This document shows, piece after piece, positions 49,905-63,050 of a DNA stretch of 64,000 nt. How positions within the stretch are numbered: position 1 is the stretch's first letter; each line of letters opens with the position of its first letter. The notes under the pieces are model-generated. The model did not search any database and was not told the origin of the DNA. It saw nothing but the letters and a program-made list of their open reading frames with translations. Source of the stretch: Mobula hypostoma (Eukaryota); assembly GCF_963921235.1 (NCBI RefSeq), contig NC_086097.1, positions 17,732,001 to 17,796,000 of the forward strand, in the 5' to 3' direction. A program made the translations under genes and the position numbers.

Positions 49905-52590
49905 ATATTTGATTTCCCAAAGAGTATTGAAAGGCCAGACAGGAATGCTGAAGGGGTGGCATTGCTCTGTTGGTAAAAAAAATGGCATCAAATCATTAGA
50001 AAGAGGTGGCATAGGGTCGAAAGGTGTTGAATCATTGTGGATAGAGCTAAGAAACTACAAGGATAAAAAGACCCTGATGGGAGTTGTATACAGACCCTCA
50101 AACAGTAATGAGGATGTAGTCTACAAATTATAATGGGAGATAGAAAATGCATGCCAAATGGGCAATGTTACAATAGTCATGAAGAACTTCAATTTGCAGG
50201 TAGATTGGAAAAATATGGTTAGTGCTGGTTTCCAAGAGGGCAAATTTCTAGTATGCCTATGAGATGGATTTTTGGAGTAGCTCGTGGTTGAGCTCACTAG
50301 AGGATCAGTTGTTCTGGATTGGGTGTTGTGCAATGAACTAGAATTAATTAGAGAGCTTAAGGTAAGAGTACCCTTTGGGAAGTGATGATAATATGATCAA
50401 ATTCACCCTGAAGTTTGAGAAGGAGAAGTTAAATCAGATGTATCAGTAAAGTGGAGTAAAGGGAATTACAGAGGCCAGAATGAGCTATTAGTTGGCCAGA
50501 ATTGATTGGAAAAGAACACAGACAAGGATGATGGCTGGAATTTCTGGAGCAATTCGGAAGGCAGAGGATATATACATCCTAAAGAAGAAGAAGTATTCTG
50601 AAGATATGGTGGTGACACCACTGTGGCTAACAAGAGAAGTCAAAGCCAAAATAAAAGCCAAAGAGAGGGCATATGATAGAACAAAAATTAGTGGGAAGTT
50701 AGAGGATTGGAAAGGCAACTAAAAAGTCATCAAGAAGGTAAAGATGGAATACAAAAGTAATCTAGCCAATAGTATTAAAGAGGATACCAAAAGTTTCTAC
50801 AGATACATAAAGTGTAAAAGAGAGGCGAAAGTGGATATTGGACCACTGGAACATGATGCTGGAAAGGTAATAATAGGGGAGAACAAAATAGCGGATCAGG
50901 TGAATCAGTATTTTGCATCAATCTTCACTGTGGAAGACACTAGCATTATGCTGGAAGGTCCAGGTGTTGGGGGCATAAAGTCTGTGAAGTTATCATTACC
51001 AGAGAGAAAGTTTTTGGGAAATTGAAAGGTCTGAAGGTAGATAACCCACCTGGCCCAGATGATGTACACCGCAAGGTTCAGAATGAAATTGCTGAAGAGA
51101 TTATGGAGGCATTGGTAATGATCTTTCAAAAATCACTGGATTCTGGAATGGTTCCAGAAGACTGGCAAATGTCACTCCACTCTTCACGAGGGAGAGAGGC
51201 AGAAGAAAGGAAACTATAGGCCAGTTAGTTTGGGAAGATGTTGGAGTTAATGTTTAAAGATTTGGTTTCAGAGAATTTGGAGGCACATAATAAAAATAGG
51301 CCATAGTCAGAATTGTTTCCTCAAGGGAAAATCTTGCCTGACAAATCTGTTGGAATTTTTTGAAGAAATAGCAAACAGGATAGATAAGGAGAATCGGTTG
51401 ATGGTGTGTATACTTGGATTTTCAGAAGGCTTTTGACAAGATGCCACACATGACGCTGCTTAACAAGTTATGAGCCCATGGTATTAAAGGAAAGGTTCTG
51501 GCATGGATAAAGCAGTGGCTGATTGACAGAATGCAAAGAGTGGGAATAAAAGGAGCCTTTTCTAGTTGTCTATCAGTGACTAGTTGTGTTCCTCAGGGGT
51601 CTGTTTTGGGACCGCTTTTTCTTACTTTATATGTGGAAGATGGAATTGATGGCTTTGCTGCAAAATTTGCAGACGATATGAAAATTTGTGGGCAAGTAGT
51701 TTTGAGGAAGTAAAGAGGCTACAGAAGGACTTAGACCAATAAGGAGAATGGGCAAAGAAGTGGCAGAGGGAATACAGTGTTTGGAAGTGTATGTTCATGC
51801 ACCTTGGTAGCAAAATGAAGGGTTTGTCTATTTTCAAAATGGAGAGAAAATACAAAAAAAAACAGGCGCAAAGGAACATGGGAGTCCTTGTGCAGGGTTC
51901 ACTAAAGGTTAATTTGCAGGTTGAGTCTGTGTTGATGAAGGCAATGTGATGGTAGTATTCATTTCAAGAGGACTAGAATATAAAAGCAAAGGTATGATGG
52001 TGAGACTAAAGCGCTGATGAGACCTTACTTGTAGTATTGTGAGCAGTTTTGGGTTCCTAATCTTAGAAAGAATGTGCTGAAACTGGAGAGGGTTCAAAGG
52101 AGGTTCCAGGCAAACGATTCGAGGATTGAAAAACTTGTCATTTGAAGAGTGTTTAATGGCTCTGGCCTGTATTCACTAGAATTCAGAAGAATTAAGGGTG
52201 ACCTCATTGAAAGTTATCAAATGGCAAAAGGTCTTGATAGGATGGTTGTTGCGAGGATATTTCCTATGGTGGAAGAGTCTCCAAGACCAGAAAACACAGC
52301 CTCAGAATAAAGGAATGTCCTTTTAGAACAGAGATAAGAAGGAATTTCTTTTGTCAAAGGATGGTGAATCTGTGGAATTTGTTGTCACATGCAGCTGTCT
52401 TTATGCATATGTATGGAGGCCAAGTCAGATAAAGCAAAGATTGATAGATTCTTGATCAGGACATGTAAGGGAGATGGGAGGGGAAAGCAGGAGATTGGGG
52501 CTGAGAGGAAAAATGGATCAGCCATGAAGAAATGTTGGAGCAGACTTGATGGGCCAAATGGCCTAATTCTGCTCCTGTATCTTATGGTTT
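49905..52590 (+). mobile_element. Degenerate CR1 LINE ORF2 (EN-RT), same family as 57162-61700
   Basis: Fragments GVESLWIELRN, PWLTREVKAK-like, PGPDD, VPQGSVLGP, KFADD. Many stops. Confidence 0.9.
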
Positions 52591-53531
52591 CAGGGTTTAA
52601 TGGTATCACCTTGCAATTATAGGGATTAAATTCCACCTGCCAGTACTCCACCCAATTTTCTAATTGATCTATACTCTGCTGAAGCCTCAGACAACTTTTC
52701 TTGCTCACAACAGTATCAATTTTCATATCCAAAAGCTCCATTTTACAGCCTCTTGCACTGGAACACAATGTCATGTGTAATTTTATTTAAATTGACATCA
52801 CCAAAATACAATTTTAATCTGAGTCTCATAAAGGTGCAATAGAAAATCACAGGCTAAATACCACAGCTACAAAGGCTATATAATAACAGGATTAAAAGTA
52901 ACTATCATGTGGGAGAAACTTTGAATTATTCATGTCAGGATATTCCAGAGCACGCCAATTAAGTACTTTTGAAATGCAGCGAATTTGTTGGTCTGCTTCG
53001 GGCCAACTGATGGCCAATGCAAATGACCTCCTCTGTTAGTGCTGGATTTAATATTTATTCCAGTAGTGAAGCTTGGATATGTTGAAGAGGGTCCAGGTAC
53101 ACTTCACGTTTGCTCCCATGTGAATGGAATCACTGAATCTGTAGAGTAAGAATTATTATCAGCTAGTTATTGATATTTAACTTGTTTTCTAACAATTTTA
53201 TTTATTCAATTAATTGAACCAATTGGAATAGTTTTCAAATTACCCTCAGAACCATTTCAAAAGACTTCAATAACAATGAGCTCTCAAAGATTATCAGTGT
53301 TTGAGGTGTGGAGACTTTACGCCACCTAAGGTGCCTTTGCTGATTAGACCCCACTCGGGGTAGAGGGCCAGCTCATTCAGTTTTTCATCCAGAAAAGTGA
53401 AATCTGAGCAGATGGGCATTGTGGGCAGGGAGTCTGGGTGAAAGGTAATCCATGATATGGTCAAAATGAAGGAACAAGAATTAGAGGATAGGCTGCCTGA
53501 TCTTTTATAGAAAATCAAGACACATCCAATT

Positions 53532-53948
53532 TGCTGCCTGTTATGCTTTTGTTATTTAGGGCAGCAGTGAAGGTCCTGCATCTCTAGTGGTATTCAGAGC
53601 TACCTCCATCATGTCAGTAGCTTCCTCTTGGTTTTCACTACTGTCAGTCATGCGAAGCCCAGGTGGAGACTCAGGAATACTGTCGCCCTCAGATGTAGAA
53701 GGATTTTTCATTGCTGTTTCTGTAACAATTATGTTTTACCAGCCAGGGTTGTTGGCCCTGAGCAGAACTCCCAAACCTTGAGGACCAGTGGACCACTCTT
53801 AATCTGGTCCCTACTCTTTGATTTGTTTGGCATGGGTGACCCAACCAAGAGCCAAAGCATAAAGCTCTGACTCCAGCTAACATTGATCTCCAGGTTATGA
53901 AAGCACGCAAGCTTCCAATGCATGACAAGGTTGTGGTCCTTTTGGAGG
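53532..53948 (-). mobile_element. About 417-bp non-LTR insertion, probably RTE-related and non-autonomous
   Basis: Perfect 14-bp TSD agacacatccaatt (53518-53531, 53949-53962). Family assignment is tentative. Confidence 0.7.
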
Positions 53949-54894
53949 AGACACATCCAATTCAAACCTAAATTTTAAAGGTTTTTAATTCTTAATTTTG
54001 TAGCAGAATTAAGCATAGTGGAACATCATGATCTAGATACTGAAAAATACCACTATAATTACATATAGTTAGAGTAACATCATCTTGTGACTTTAGATCA
54101 TTGTAATATTTGGCTGAAAATTTTGGACTCTAAAGGCATTGTATATTTGGAGTCAAATATGTAGCATCCGTTGTGACAGTCAGGAAATACTGGTGTAATT
54201 AGGGTAAACATGATAATAAGTAGTTATAATGGTTGGTTGGCAGGAGGATTTACAAGTGCAGAGTCTCATTTTGCACTGATTAAAAGTCCCAAGAAGAGAA
54301 TAAAGGAAGAAGTTGACTTTGGGGGTGACATTTTGAATAAGTAGGGCCTGAGAGTCCAGTGATTAGAGACAGGAGGGTCAGGTGCTGATAGTGTGTAAAT
54401 GAGTACCTGATGTTTTTTATGGAATCAGTGGACTGAACGGCCCACTTCTGTGTTGTATGACTCTGTAAGGAAGAAACTTTTTGGAACATCATAACTGAAC
54501 ATAGAGGGAGTTTCATCTCAGTCCTGTTCTCTTGAACAGTTTTCCTGTGTTCCTCTATCCTTGTATAAAGACTTCCAGTAATCAGAATGGTCTTTAACTT
54601 GTATGATATTCTCATATTTGAATTCATAGATTTCTATCAAGGAAATGGAGCAGTTACAAGCTTCTTCTATCTTATGTTTTATGTGTAGGGGGAATCATGC
54701 ATTCAGAATTTTGGAGACAGAGTATTAATTTAATTTAGAATGTCATGACTTTCAACTTTGAAAAATCTTGCTAAAATAATAAAGTGCCTGATGTTGCATA
54801 TAAAGTCCCAAAAAATTTTGATTTTTGTTGTTTTGAATTATTGTGTCAAAATGTTTAGATTATTGTCTACATAACTATTTCTTTGATTTCACAG

Positions 54895-55014
54895 ATATAA
54901 ATGAATGCGAGCGAAGCAACATATGTCAAGGACATCGGTGCATCAACATCCCAGGTTCTTATAAGTGTGAATGTGAAGAAGGTTATGTATTGACTAGACC
55001 AGGACAATGTAGTG
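54895..55014 (+). CDS. LTBP2: cbEGF exon, [40 protein letters not shown]
   Basis: Acceptor tttctttgatttcacag|, donor g|gtgagt, 120 nt, phase 1-1. Matches the spacing of LTBP2 [31 protein letters not shown] (recalled). Confidence 0.94.
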
Positions 55015-55429
55015 GTGAGTAAAACCCTTAACTCATCTAATCCTCAATCACTGTGAAATAAATTTCATAACTATTAAGCTCATTTTGGGGTGATTTTTAA
55101 GATCAAAAGCTTACATTTATCTTTACAGTGTAGCCAATTTATGACATTATACTTTAATATATTTTCCCTATGATAGATTTCGATTGCAAGATCTAACTCT
55201 CTTAATTGACATGACTGTAGCTACCTTACAATTTGGATTAGTTAAATGGAAATGTTTATCTATAAAATCGATATGGTCCAGTCAGTTATCTTTGCCTAAA
55301 ATTGAAATGGTGTCTCTATAGTACCTTGCAAATGAGGACATGAAAATTGTCAAATATGACAATAATAAAATAAAATTGAGTAATAATAGCCACTAGAAAA
55401 ATTAAATTATACCAAATAAAAGGCTAACA

Positions 55430-56045
55430 GAATTTAAATATTATGATGGTAGAGGGGAAGAAGCTGTTCCAAAAATATTGAGCATGGGCCTTCAGACCCC
55501 TCTACCACTGATGGTAGTAATGAGAGAGGGGTGTGCCCCAGGTAGTGAGGGTCATTAATGATGGATACCACCTTCTTGAGGCATTGCCTTTTGAAGATTC
55601 CCTCAATGATGAGGAGGCTTGTACTGTGATGGAGCTGGCTGAGTCTAAATCCCTCTGTAACCACTTACAACCCGGTGTATTGGAGCCTCCATACCAGGCA
55701 ATGATGCAACCAGTCAGAATGCTCACTCAACTGCAAAAATTTGCGATAGTCTTTGGTGACATACCAAATCTTCTCAAACTCCTAACAAAGTATAGCCACT
55801 GGTGTGCCGCCTTTGGGATTGCATCAGTATGCTGAGCCCAGAATAGATCCTCTAAAACGTTGATGCCCAGGAACTTAAAGCTGCTCACCATTTCCACTGC
55901 TGACCCCTCACTGAGGATTCACATGTGTTCTCACGACTTTCCCTTCCTGAAGTCCACAATCAGTTCCTTGGTCTTGCTGACATTGAGTGCAAGGTTGTTG
56001 ATGTGATACCATATAACCAAGTAATCTATCTCGCTCCTGTACTTC
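55430..56045 (-). mobile_element. Rex1/Babar-type LINE fragment
   Basis: Minus frames NNLALNVSKTKELIVDFRK and SILTGCIIAWYG. Confidence 0.8.
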
Positions 56046-56206
56046 AGTGAAAGCTTGCATAAATTGGATTGGGGAAAGGGGCCGTTGCACAACTTGTGCT
56101 TTGCAGCTAGATCTTGCATTAAGCTCTAAAAGCTGAATAAATGGGGAGAATCTAATCACTTCAAAATGCTTTAGAAAAACAACTCAATATTTGATTAATT
56201 TGACAC

Positions 56207-56326
56207 ATATTGATGAATGCCATAACCTAAATATATAATCCAAATACAGGGAATGCATCAATACCTGACTCCTTCCAGTGTGTCATCTAGCCAACTGATA
56301 CAGAGCAAATAATGGAATATGCCTAG
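56207..56326 (+). pseudogene. Decayed cbEGF pseudo-exon of the LTBP gene
   Basis: Reads (D)IDECHNLNI*SKYRECIN, then after a frameshift PDSFQCVI*PT, then after another YRANNGICL. The acceptor reads tgacac instead of tgacag; the donor ag|gtagga remains; the direct frame has three stops. Confidence 0.8.
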
Positions 56327-56349
56327 GTAGGATGCATAAAATTAAATTG

Positions 56350-59300
56350 AAAATAAAGAACAACTTCTGAGTTGAGTTTGATGTTGCTAGCTCATAAGCT
56401 TTTTGCAGTTCTTTCTTCATGTCAGACACATACTTAAGATACGTCTTCTGCAGCAAGTCATCACTGCTGGTTCCAAAACAGAAAATTACAGGTTCGCACT
56501 CAAACAAATAGTATGCCGAACAGCCAGTAGCCTCATTCTGTGTACAGTTGTAGCAGTGTACTAAATGCCCAATATACTGGCTGTGCTTATTCTTTTGTTA
56601 ACATCCAGGGTTCCAAGAATGTCTCACAATGTCAGTTTGAACCTTTCAGGCTGAGTGTGATATGGCCTGGTGCTTGACTTCTCGACTCCAAGCATGCTCA
56701 GTAACTCATATATGAGTCAATTCTCAAAATTTCTTCCCTGATCACTGTGTATCCTTTTTGGGAAGCCATAATGAACAAAATACTTCTCCCGTAACACTTT
56801 GGTAACGGTGGGTGCTCTCTGATCCTTCATGGGGAAGGTTAGGGCATATTGGTGTAGTGATCCATGATGACCAAGACATTCACAACATTACTGGAATCAG
56901 GCTTTATGAAGAGGAAATCGATACATACTAACTCAAGTGGTCCCGTACACTATATAAGATTATGGAGCAATTCTCGTAGGCAGCGTCTTCTTCCGAATAC
57001 ATTGAATGCATGACTTACAGTACTCTTCAACCTCGGGCTTCATTCAGGGCCAATACAACTGATCTCAGACCAATCCATAGGTCTTGTTGAATCCCAAATG
57101 ACTTGGGTCATCATGAAGTGACTTTAGTACAGTCCTGCAGTATTTCTCAGGCAAAAAACAACTTTTGGATCAGGACTACAGAGCGGCGTGGGAGCTGAAT
57201 TCTGAAGGAAGGCAGTTTTTTAAAAACTTCAAGTGCAAGAAGGACGAGACTGCGCAGGCACGTGACATAACAGGACAGCGCTGAGAGTTTAAAAATGAAG
57301 GTTACTTCCAATGGCTTTCTTTTGGATCGGGACAACAGAGCGGCGTGGGAACTGAATTCTGAAGGAAGGCAGTTTTTAAAAAAAAACTTCTTCGAGTGCA
57401 AGAAGGACGAGACTGCGCAGGCGCGTGACGTAACAGGATAGCGCGGAGAGTTTAAAAAGGAGACCACCCTATGCAGCAGGCAGCGGAGTGAGTGGCAGCA
57501 GAGTGTAGGCTTTGGCTTCAACGGGCTTCGGCGGTAACGGGAAGAGGCCAGAGTGAGGCACCAACTCTTTTTTTTTTCCCCTTGGCGAATCGGCCCGGAC
57601 AGACAGGAACAGCAGGGCTCACACAGCTAATGGTACGAGCTAACGGTTTAAAAAGTTCATGTGTTTGGCGAGGTAAGTGGGTGAGTAGACTTATTTTTCC
57701 TGTTCATTCCTGTAGAATTAGATAGCATGCCTGCAGGGTTAGTGCTTTGTTCAGGGTGTCAGATGTGGGAATCTTGGGAGACCTCCAACCTCCCTGATGG
57801 GCACATCTGCGCCAGGTGCACCAAGATGCAGCTCCTCAGAGACCGTGTTAGGGATCTGGAGCTGCAGCTTGATGACCTACTGCTTATCAGGGAAAATGAA
57901 GAGGTGATAGACAAGAGCTACAGGGATCAGAAAACTGGGTGACTGTCAGGAGAGGGAAGGAAAATGCCCGGATAGTGGAGAGCACCCCTGTGGCTGTCCC
58001 CCTCAGCAACAAATATCTTGTTCTGGATGCTGTTGAGGGGGATGACCTGACAGGGGACGGCCATGGTGACCTGGTCTCTGGCACTGAGGCTGGCGCTGTT
58101 GTGCAGGAGGGAAGGAGGGAGAAGAGGAATGCGGTAGTATCAGGGTATTCCATAGTTAGGGGAACAGACAGGAGATTCTGTGAGCCTGATAGAGATACCT
58201 GTATGGTGTGTTGCCTCCCAGGTGCCAGGGTACGGAATATCTCGGATCGGGTCCAGAATATTCTGAAGGTGGAGGGCGAGCAGCCAGTTGTCTTGGTACA
58301 TGTTGGTACCAATGACATAGATAGGACAAGGGAGGAGGTCCTGAAGAGAGATTTCTGGGAGTTAGGAAGGAAGCTGAGAAGCAGGACCTCCAGGGTAGTA
58401 ATCTCGGGATTGCTACCTGTGCCACATGCTAGCGAGGGCAAGAATAGTAGGATCAGGCAGATGAATGCGTGGCTGAGAGACTGGTGCAAGGGCAGGGCTT
58501 CAGATTCTTGGATAATTGGGATCTCTTCTGGGGGAAGTATGACCTGTTCAAAATGGACAGGTTACACCTGAACCCAAAGGGGACCAATATCCTGGCGGGA
58601 AGGTTTAATAGAGCTGTTAAGGAGTTAAACTAATTTAGCAGGGGGATGGGAACCAGAATGACAGAGCGGAGGAAGGGGAAAACAGAAATAAATCTAAGAT
58701 ATTGTGAGCAGTAAAGATGTCAGGAAAGACAGGCTGGTGATGGGGCAAATTTGTAGCATTGGGATGAGTTGCAGTGCAATAAAGTTGCAGTGAAATCAAA
58801 ACGAAAAGTACCAAATACTGGTCTTAAAGTGTTATACTAAATGCACGCAGCATAAGGAATAAGGTGAATGATCTTGTCGTACAGCTACAGATTGGCAGGT
58901 ATGATATTGTGGCCATCACTGAGACGTGGCTAAAGGATGCATGTCTCTGGGAGCTGAACATCCAAGCATACACGGTGTATCAGAAGGATAGGCAGGTAAG
59001 CAGAGGGGGAGGCGTGGTTTATTGGTAAGAAATGATATTAAATCATTAGAAAGAGGTGATATAGGATTGGAAGGTGCAGAATCTTTATGGGTTGAGCTAA
59101 GAAATCACAGGGGTAAAAGGACCCTGATGGCAGTTATTTATAGGCCTCCAAACAGCTGCAGTGATGTGGACTACTAATTACAATAGGAAATTGAAAAGGC
59201 TTGTCAGAAGGGCAGTGTTATGATAATTGTGGGGGATTTTAACATGCGAGTGGATTGGGAAAATCAGGTCGGCACTGGATCTCGAGAGAGAATTTGTAGA

Positions 59301-62035
59301 ATGTCCGCAAGATGGCTTTTTAGAACAGCTTGTTGATGAGCCCACTAGGGGATCGGCTGTACTGGATTGGGTATTGTGTAATGAACCGGAGGTGATTAGA
59401 GGGATTGAGGTGAAGAAACCCTTAGGAGGCAGTGATCATAACATGATTGAGTTCACTGTGAAATTTGAAAAAGAGAAGTCGAAATCTGATGTGTCGGTAT
59501 TTCAATGGAGTAAACGAAATTACAGTGGCATGAGAGAGGAACTGGCCAAAGTTGACTGGAAATGGACACTGGCGGGAAGGATGGCAGAGCAGCAGTGGCT
59601 GGAGTTTATGCGAGAAGTGAGGAAGGTGCAAGACAGGTATATTCCAAAAAAGAAGATATTTTTGAATGGAAAAAGGATGCAACCGTGGCTGACAAGAGAA
59701 GTCAAAGCCAAAGTTAAAGTAAAGGAGAGGGCGTACAAGGAAGCAAAAATTAGTGGGAAGACAGAGGATTGGGAAGTTTTTAAAAGCTTACAAAAGGGAA
59801 CTAAGAAGGTCATTAAGAGGGAAAAGATTAACTATGAAAGGAAGCTAGCAAATAATATCAAAGAGGATACTAAAAGCTTTTTCAAGTATATAAAGAGTGA
59901 AAGACAGGTGAGAGTAGATATCGGACCAATAGAAAATGATGCTGGAGAAATTGTAATGGGAGATAAGGAGATGGCAGAGGAACTGAACAAGTATTTTGCA
60001 TCAGTCTTCACTGAGGAAGACATCAGCAGTATAGGGTGTCACTCAAGGGTGTCAGGGAAGAGAAGTGTGCGCAGTCACAATTACGACAGAGAAAGTACTC
60101 AGGAAGCTGAATAGTCTAAAGGTAGATAAATCTCCCGGACCAGATGGAATGCACCCTCGTGTTCTGAAGGAAGTAGCTGTGGAGATTGCGGAGGCATTAC
60201 CGATGATCTTTCAAATGTCGATAGATTCTGGCATGGTTCCAGAGGACTGGAAGATTGCAAATGTCACTCCGCTATTTAAGAAGGGGGCAAGGAAGCAAAA
60301 AGGAAATGATAGACCTGTTAGCTTGACATCGGTGGTTGAGAAGTTGTTGGAGTCGATTGTCAAGGATGAGGTTACAGAGTACCTGGAGGCATATGACAAG
60401 ACAGGCAGAACTCAGCATGGATTCCTTAAAGGAAAATCCTGGCTGACAAACCTATTACAATTTTTTGAGGAAATTACAAGTAGGCTAGACAAGGGAGATG
60501 CAGTGGATGTTGTATATTTGGATTTTCAGAAGGCCTTTGACAAGGTGCCACACATGAGGCTGCTTAACAAGATAAGAGCCCATGGAATTATGGGAAAGTT
60601 ACATACGTGGATAGAGCGTTAGCTGATTGGCAGGAGACAGAGAGTGGGAATAAAGGGATCCTATTCTGGTTGGCTGCCGGTTACCAGTGGTGTTCCCCAG
60701 GGGTCCGTGTTGGAGCCGCTTCTTTTTACATTGTACATCAACGATTTGGATTATGGAATAGATGGCTTTGTGGCTAAGTTTGCTGACGATACGAAGATAG
60801 GTGGAGGGGCTGGTAGTGCTGAGGAAACGGAGAGTCTGCAGAGAGACGGATAGATTGGAAGAATGGGCAAAGAAGTAGCAAATGAAATACAATGTTGGAA
60901 AGTGTATGGTTATGCACTTTGGCAGAAGAAATAAACGGGCAGACTATTATTTAAATGGGGAGAGAATTCAAAATTCTGAGATGCAACGGGACTTGGGAGT
61001 CCTCGTACAGGATACCTTTAAGGTTAACCTCCACGTTGAGTCGGTGGTGAAGAAGGCGAATGCAATGTTGGCATTCATTTCTAGAGTATAGGAGCAGGGA
61101 TGTGATGTTGAGGCTCTATAAGGCGCTGGTGAGACCTCACTTGGAGTACTGTGGGCAGTTTTGGTCTCCTTATTTAAGAAAGGATGTGCTGACATTGGAG
61201 AGGGTACAGAGAAGATTCACTAAAATGGTTCCGGGAATGAGAGGGTTAACATATGAGGAACGTTTGTCCTCTCTCGGACTGTATTCCTTGGAGTTTAGAA
61301 GAATGAGGGGAGACCTCATAGAAATATTTCGAATGTTGAAAGGCATGGACAGAGCGGATGTGGTAAAGTTGTTTTCCATGATGGGGGAGTCTAGTACGAG
61401 AGGGCATGACTTAAGGATTGAAGGGCGCCCATTCAGAACAGAAATGCGAAGAAATTTTTTTAGTCAGAGTGTGGTGAATCTATGGAATTTATTACGACGG
61501 ACAGCAGTGGAGGCCAAGTTATTGGGTGTATTTAAGGCAGAGATTGATAGGTATCTGAGTACCCAGGGCATCAAAGGATATGGTGAGAAGGTGGGGGAGT
61601 GGGACTAAATGGGAGAATGGATCAGCTCATGATAAAATGGTGGAGCAGACTCGATGGGCTGAATGGCCGACTTCTGCTCCTTTGTCATATGGTCTTATGG
61701 AACATTGAGGTCTACTTAGAGGAGACATGATCCTATATAAAACTTTGTTCCTCAACTCTAGTTTGTCCCATTCCCCCATTGGTATGGTAGGGTGTTTTGT
61801 CTTCTCAACTTGGGCCAAATCCCCTTTGACTTACTCGGCTGCTGCCAATTCCACAGGACTGAATACGGGCAACTGCTTCGTATTCAGAGCAGTCAAGTTG
61901 CAATATGCTTGTGGAATGGCACTGCTATGTATTCCATTAGGCGCATGCCAGGTCCAGCATCGCAATGCCTTGTTCTGTCCAAGGGTGTTCGCAAGCACTA
62001 TGTTTTTGTAGCTGATGAACTCAGATAGGCATAAT
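56350..62035 (-). mobile_element. Ty3/Gypsy pol remnant (integrase region), split by a CR1 insertion
   Basis: Minus strand 56350-57161 gives LPEKYCRTVLKSLHDDPSHLG...GPLELVCIDF...YGFPKRIHSDQGR (HHCC and rve). 61700-62035 gives the upstream EWDKLELRNKVLYR segment, which joins across the CR1. Confidence 0.8.
57162..61700 (+). mobile_element. Full-length CR1 LINE: duplicated 5' unit, ORF1 (zinc finger and SGNH esterase), ORF2 (APE-RT), inactivated
   Basis: ORF1 CSGCQMW...HICARC and GYSIVRG...CCLPGARV...HVGTNDI. ORF2 fragments GGSDHNMI, KSPGPDG, YLDFQKAFDKVPH, GVPQGSVL, KFADD. Tail tatggtcttatgg. Confidence 0.95.
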
Positions 62036-62039
62036 CATC

Positions 62040-63050
62040 ATTACAGGATTGGCTGCAGAATTCCTTCCAATCTTACAGTGTGTCTGCACCCACCTTGGCA
62101 TTCCAGTCTCCATAGATGGTTAAAATGTCTTTTTCTTTTGTCCACCTTGCCAATAATGCCCTGGAGTTGTGTGTAGAACTCCTCCACTTGGTCATCTTCA
62201 TAGTCAGTTGTTGGTGCATAGGCCTGTATTTCTGTGATGTTGAAAGGTGCTGCTCTAAGGCCGATGGATATAAGCCTGCTGGATACTGAGAGGCACCAGA
62301 GTCCTGAGTTCTTGATGCTCTTGTTAACAAGAAATCCTACACCATTGGCATGTTTGTCAAATTCTCCACTGTATATGGCCTGCCTCAATAAGATGTTCAT
62401 TAAGGATTTTCCACCTGACTTCAGAGTCCCACGATGTGCCAGGTATATTTTTCCAGCTCATATGCGAGTTCCTGCAGTTTCCCTGCTTGAACAAGTGTTC
62501 ACACATTCCATGTGGCTTATGAGATGTAGTCTCTCTCACGGATCTTCTGTGGTAAGATTTCACCAGTAGCATACTTAACACCTTTGCTCTGGTGTGCAAT
62601 GGATGGTGCAGTCCTTGGTGACCCAGGCTGTGCCAATCTAGCATGGGGTCTGTTGCTATGTTCAACCAACATGTTGCGTGTCTTGGGCAGGTGAGACCTA
62701 ATAGTGCCCATCCTTCTCCAGGCCAGACCACAGCCAATGTTCTCCAACTCAGTGGCTCGCCCTGGGCTCAAACACGTGGTCATTGTAGGTCTTCAGGGAA
62801 CTCATCCGCTCTGGTCAGTGACTTTGTCAACGAGATCCTTCACCCAGTGGTGCTGTGTTAACACCACCTCCTCACGTCATTTAACCCGCCAGCTGAAGCA
62901 GTGTATCGGGGTGTGCCATATGGTGGCAGATGTGAGAAGGATGAGGACCAGTGATGCCCATCCACCCTACAAGGTAGAGTGCAGCGGCCAGATATCAAAG
63001 GTACTGCCTCTATCTAGAGCCTCCTACACCTTCAATCACCTTAGACATGA
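62040..63050 (-). mobile_element. RTE-clade LINE 5' portion (endonuclease)
   Basis: Minus frames GVGFLVNKSI...SSRLISI...QAYAPTT...EEFY and GDWNAKVG. The upstream boundary is approximate. Confidence 0.75.

Noticed and set aside
101..55014. Assignment to LTBP1, LTBP4 or fibrillin
   Set aside because: The TB exit CPAGHGY...MRPAEEEE, the DPC-GNGRCIN exon and the 40-aa DINECE exon fit recalled LTBP2 best, and the long hinge argues against fibrillin. Synteny or phylogeny is still needed.
57673..57715. 43-nt intron in the CR1 5' UTR
   Set aside because: Below the usual minimum vertebrate intron size. The donor and acceptor are treated separately in the findings.
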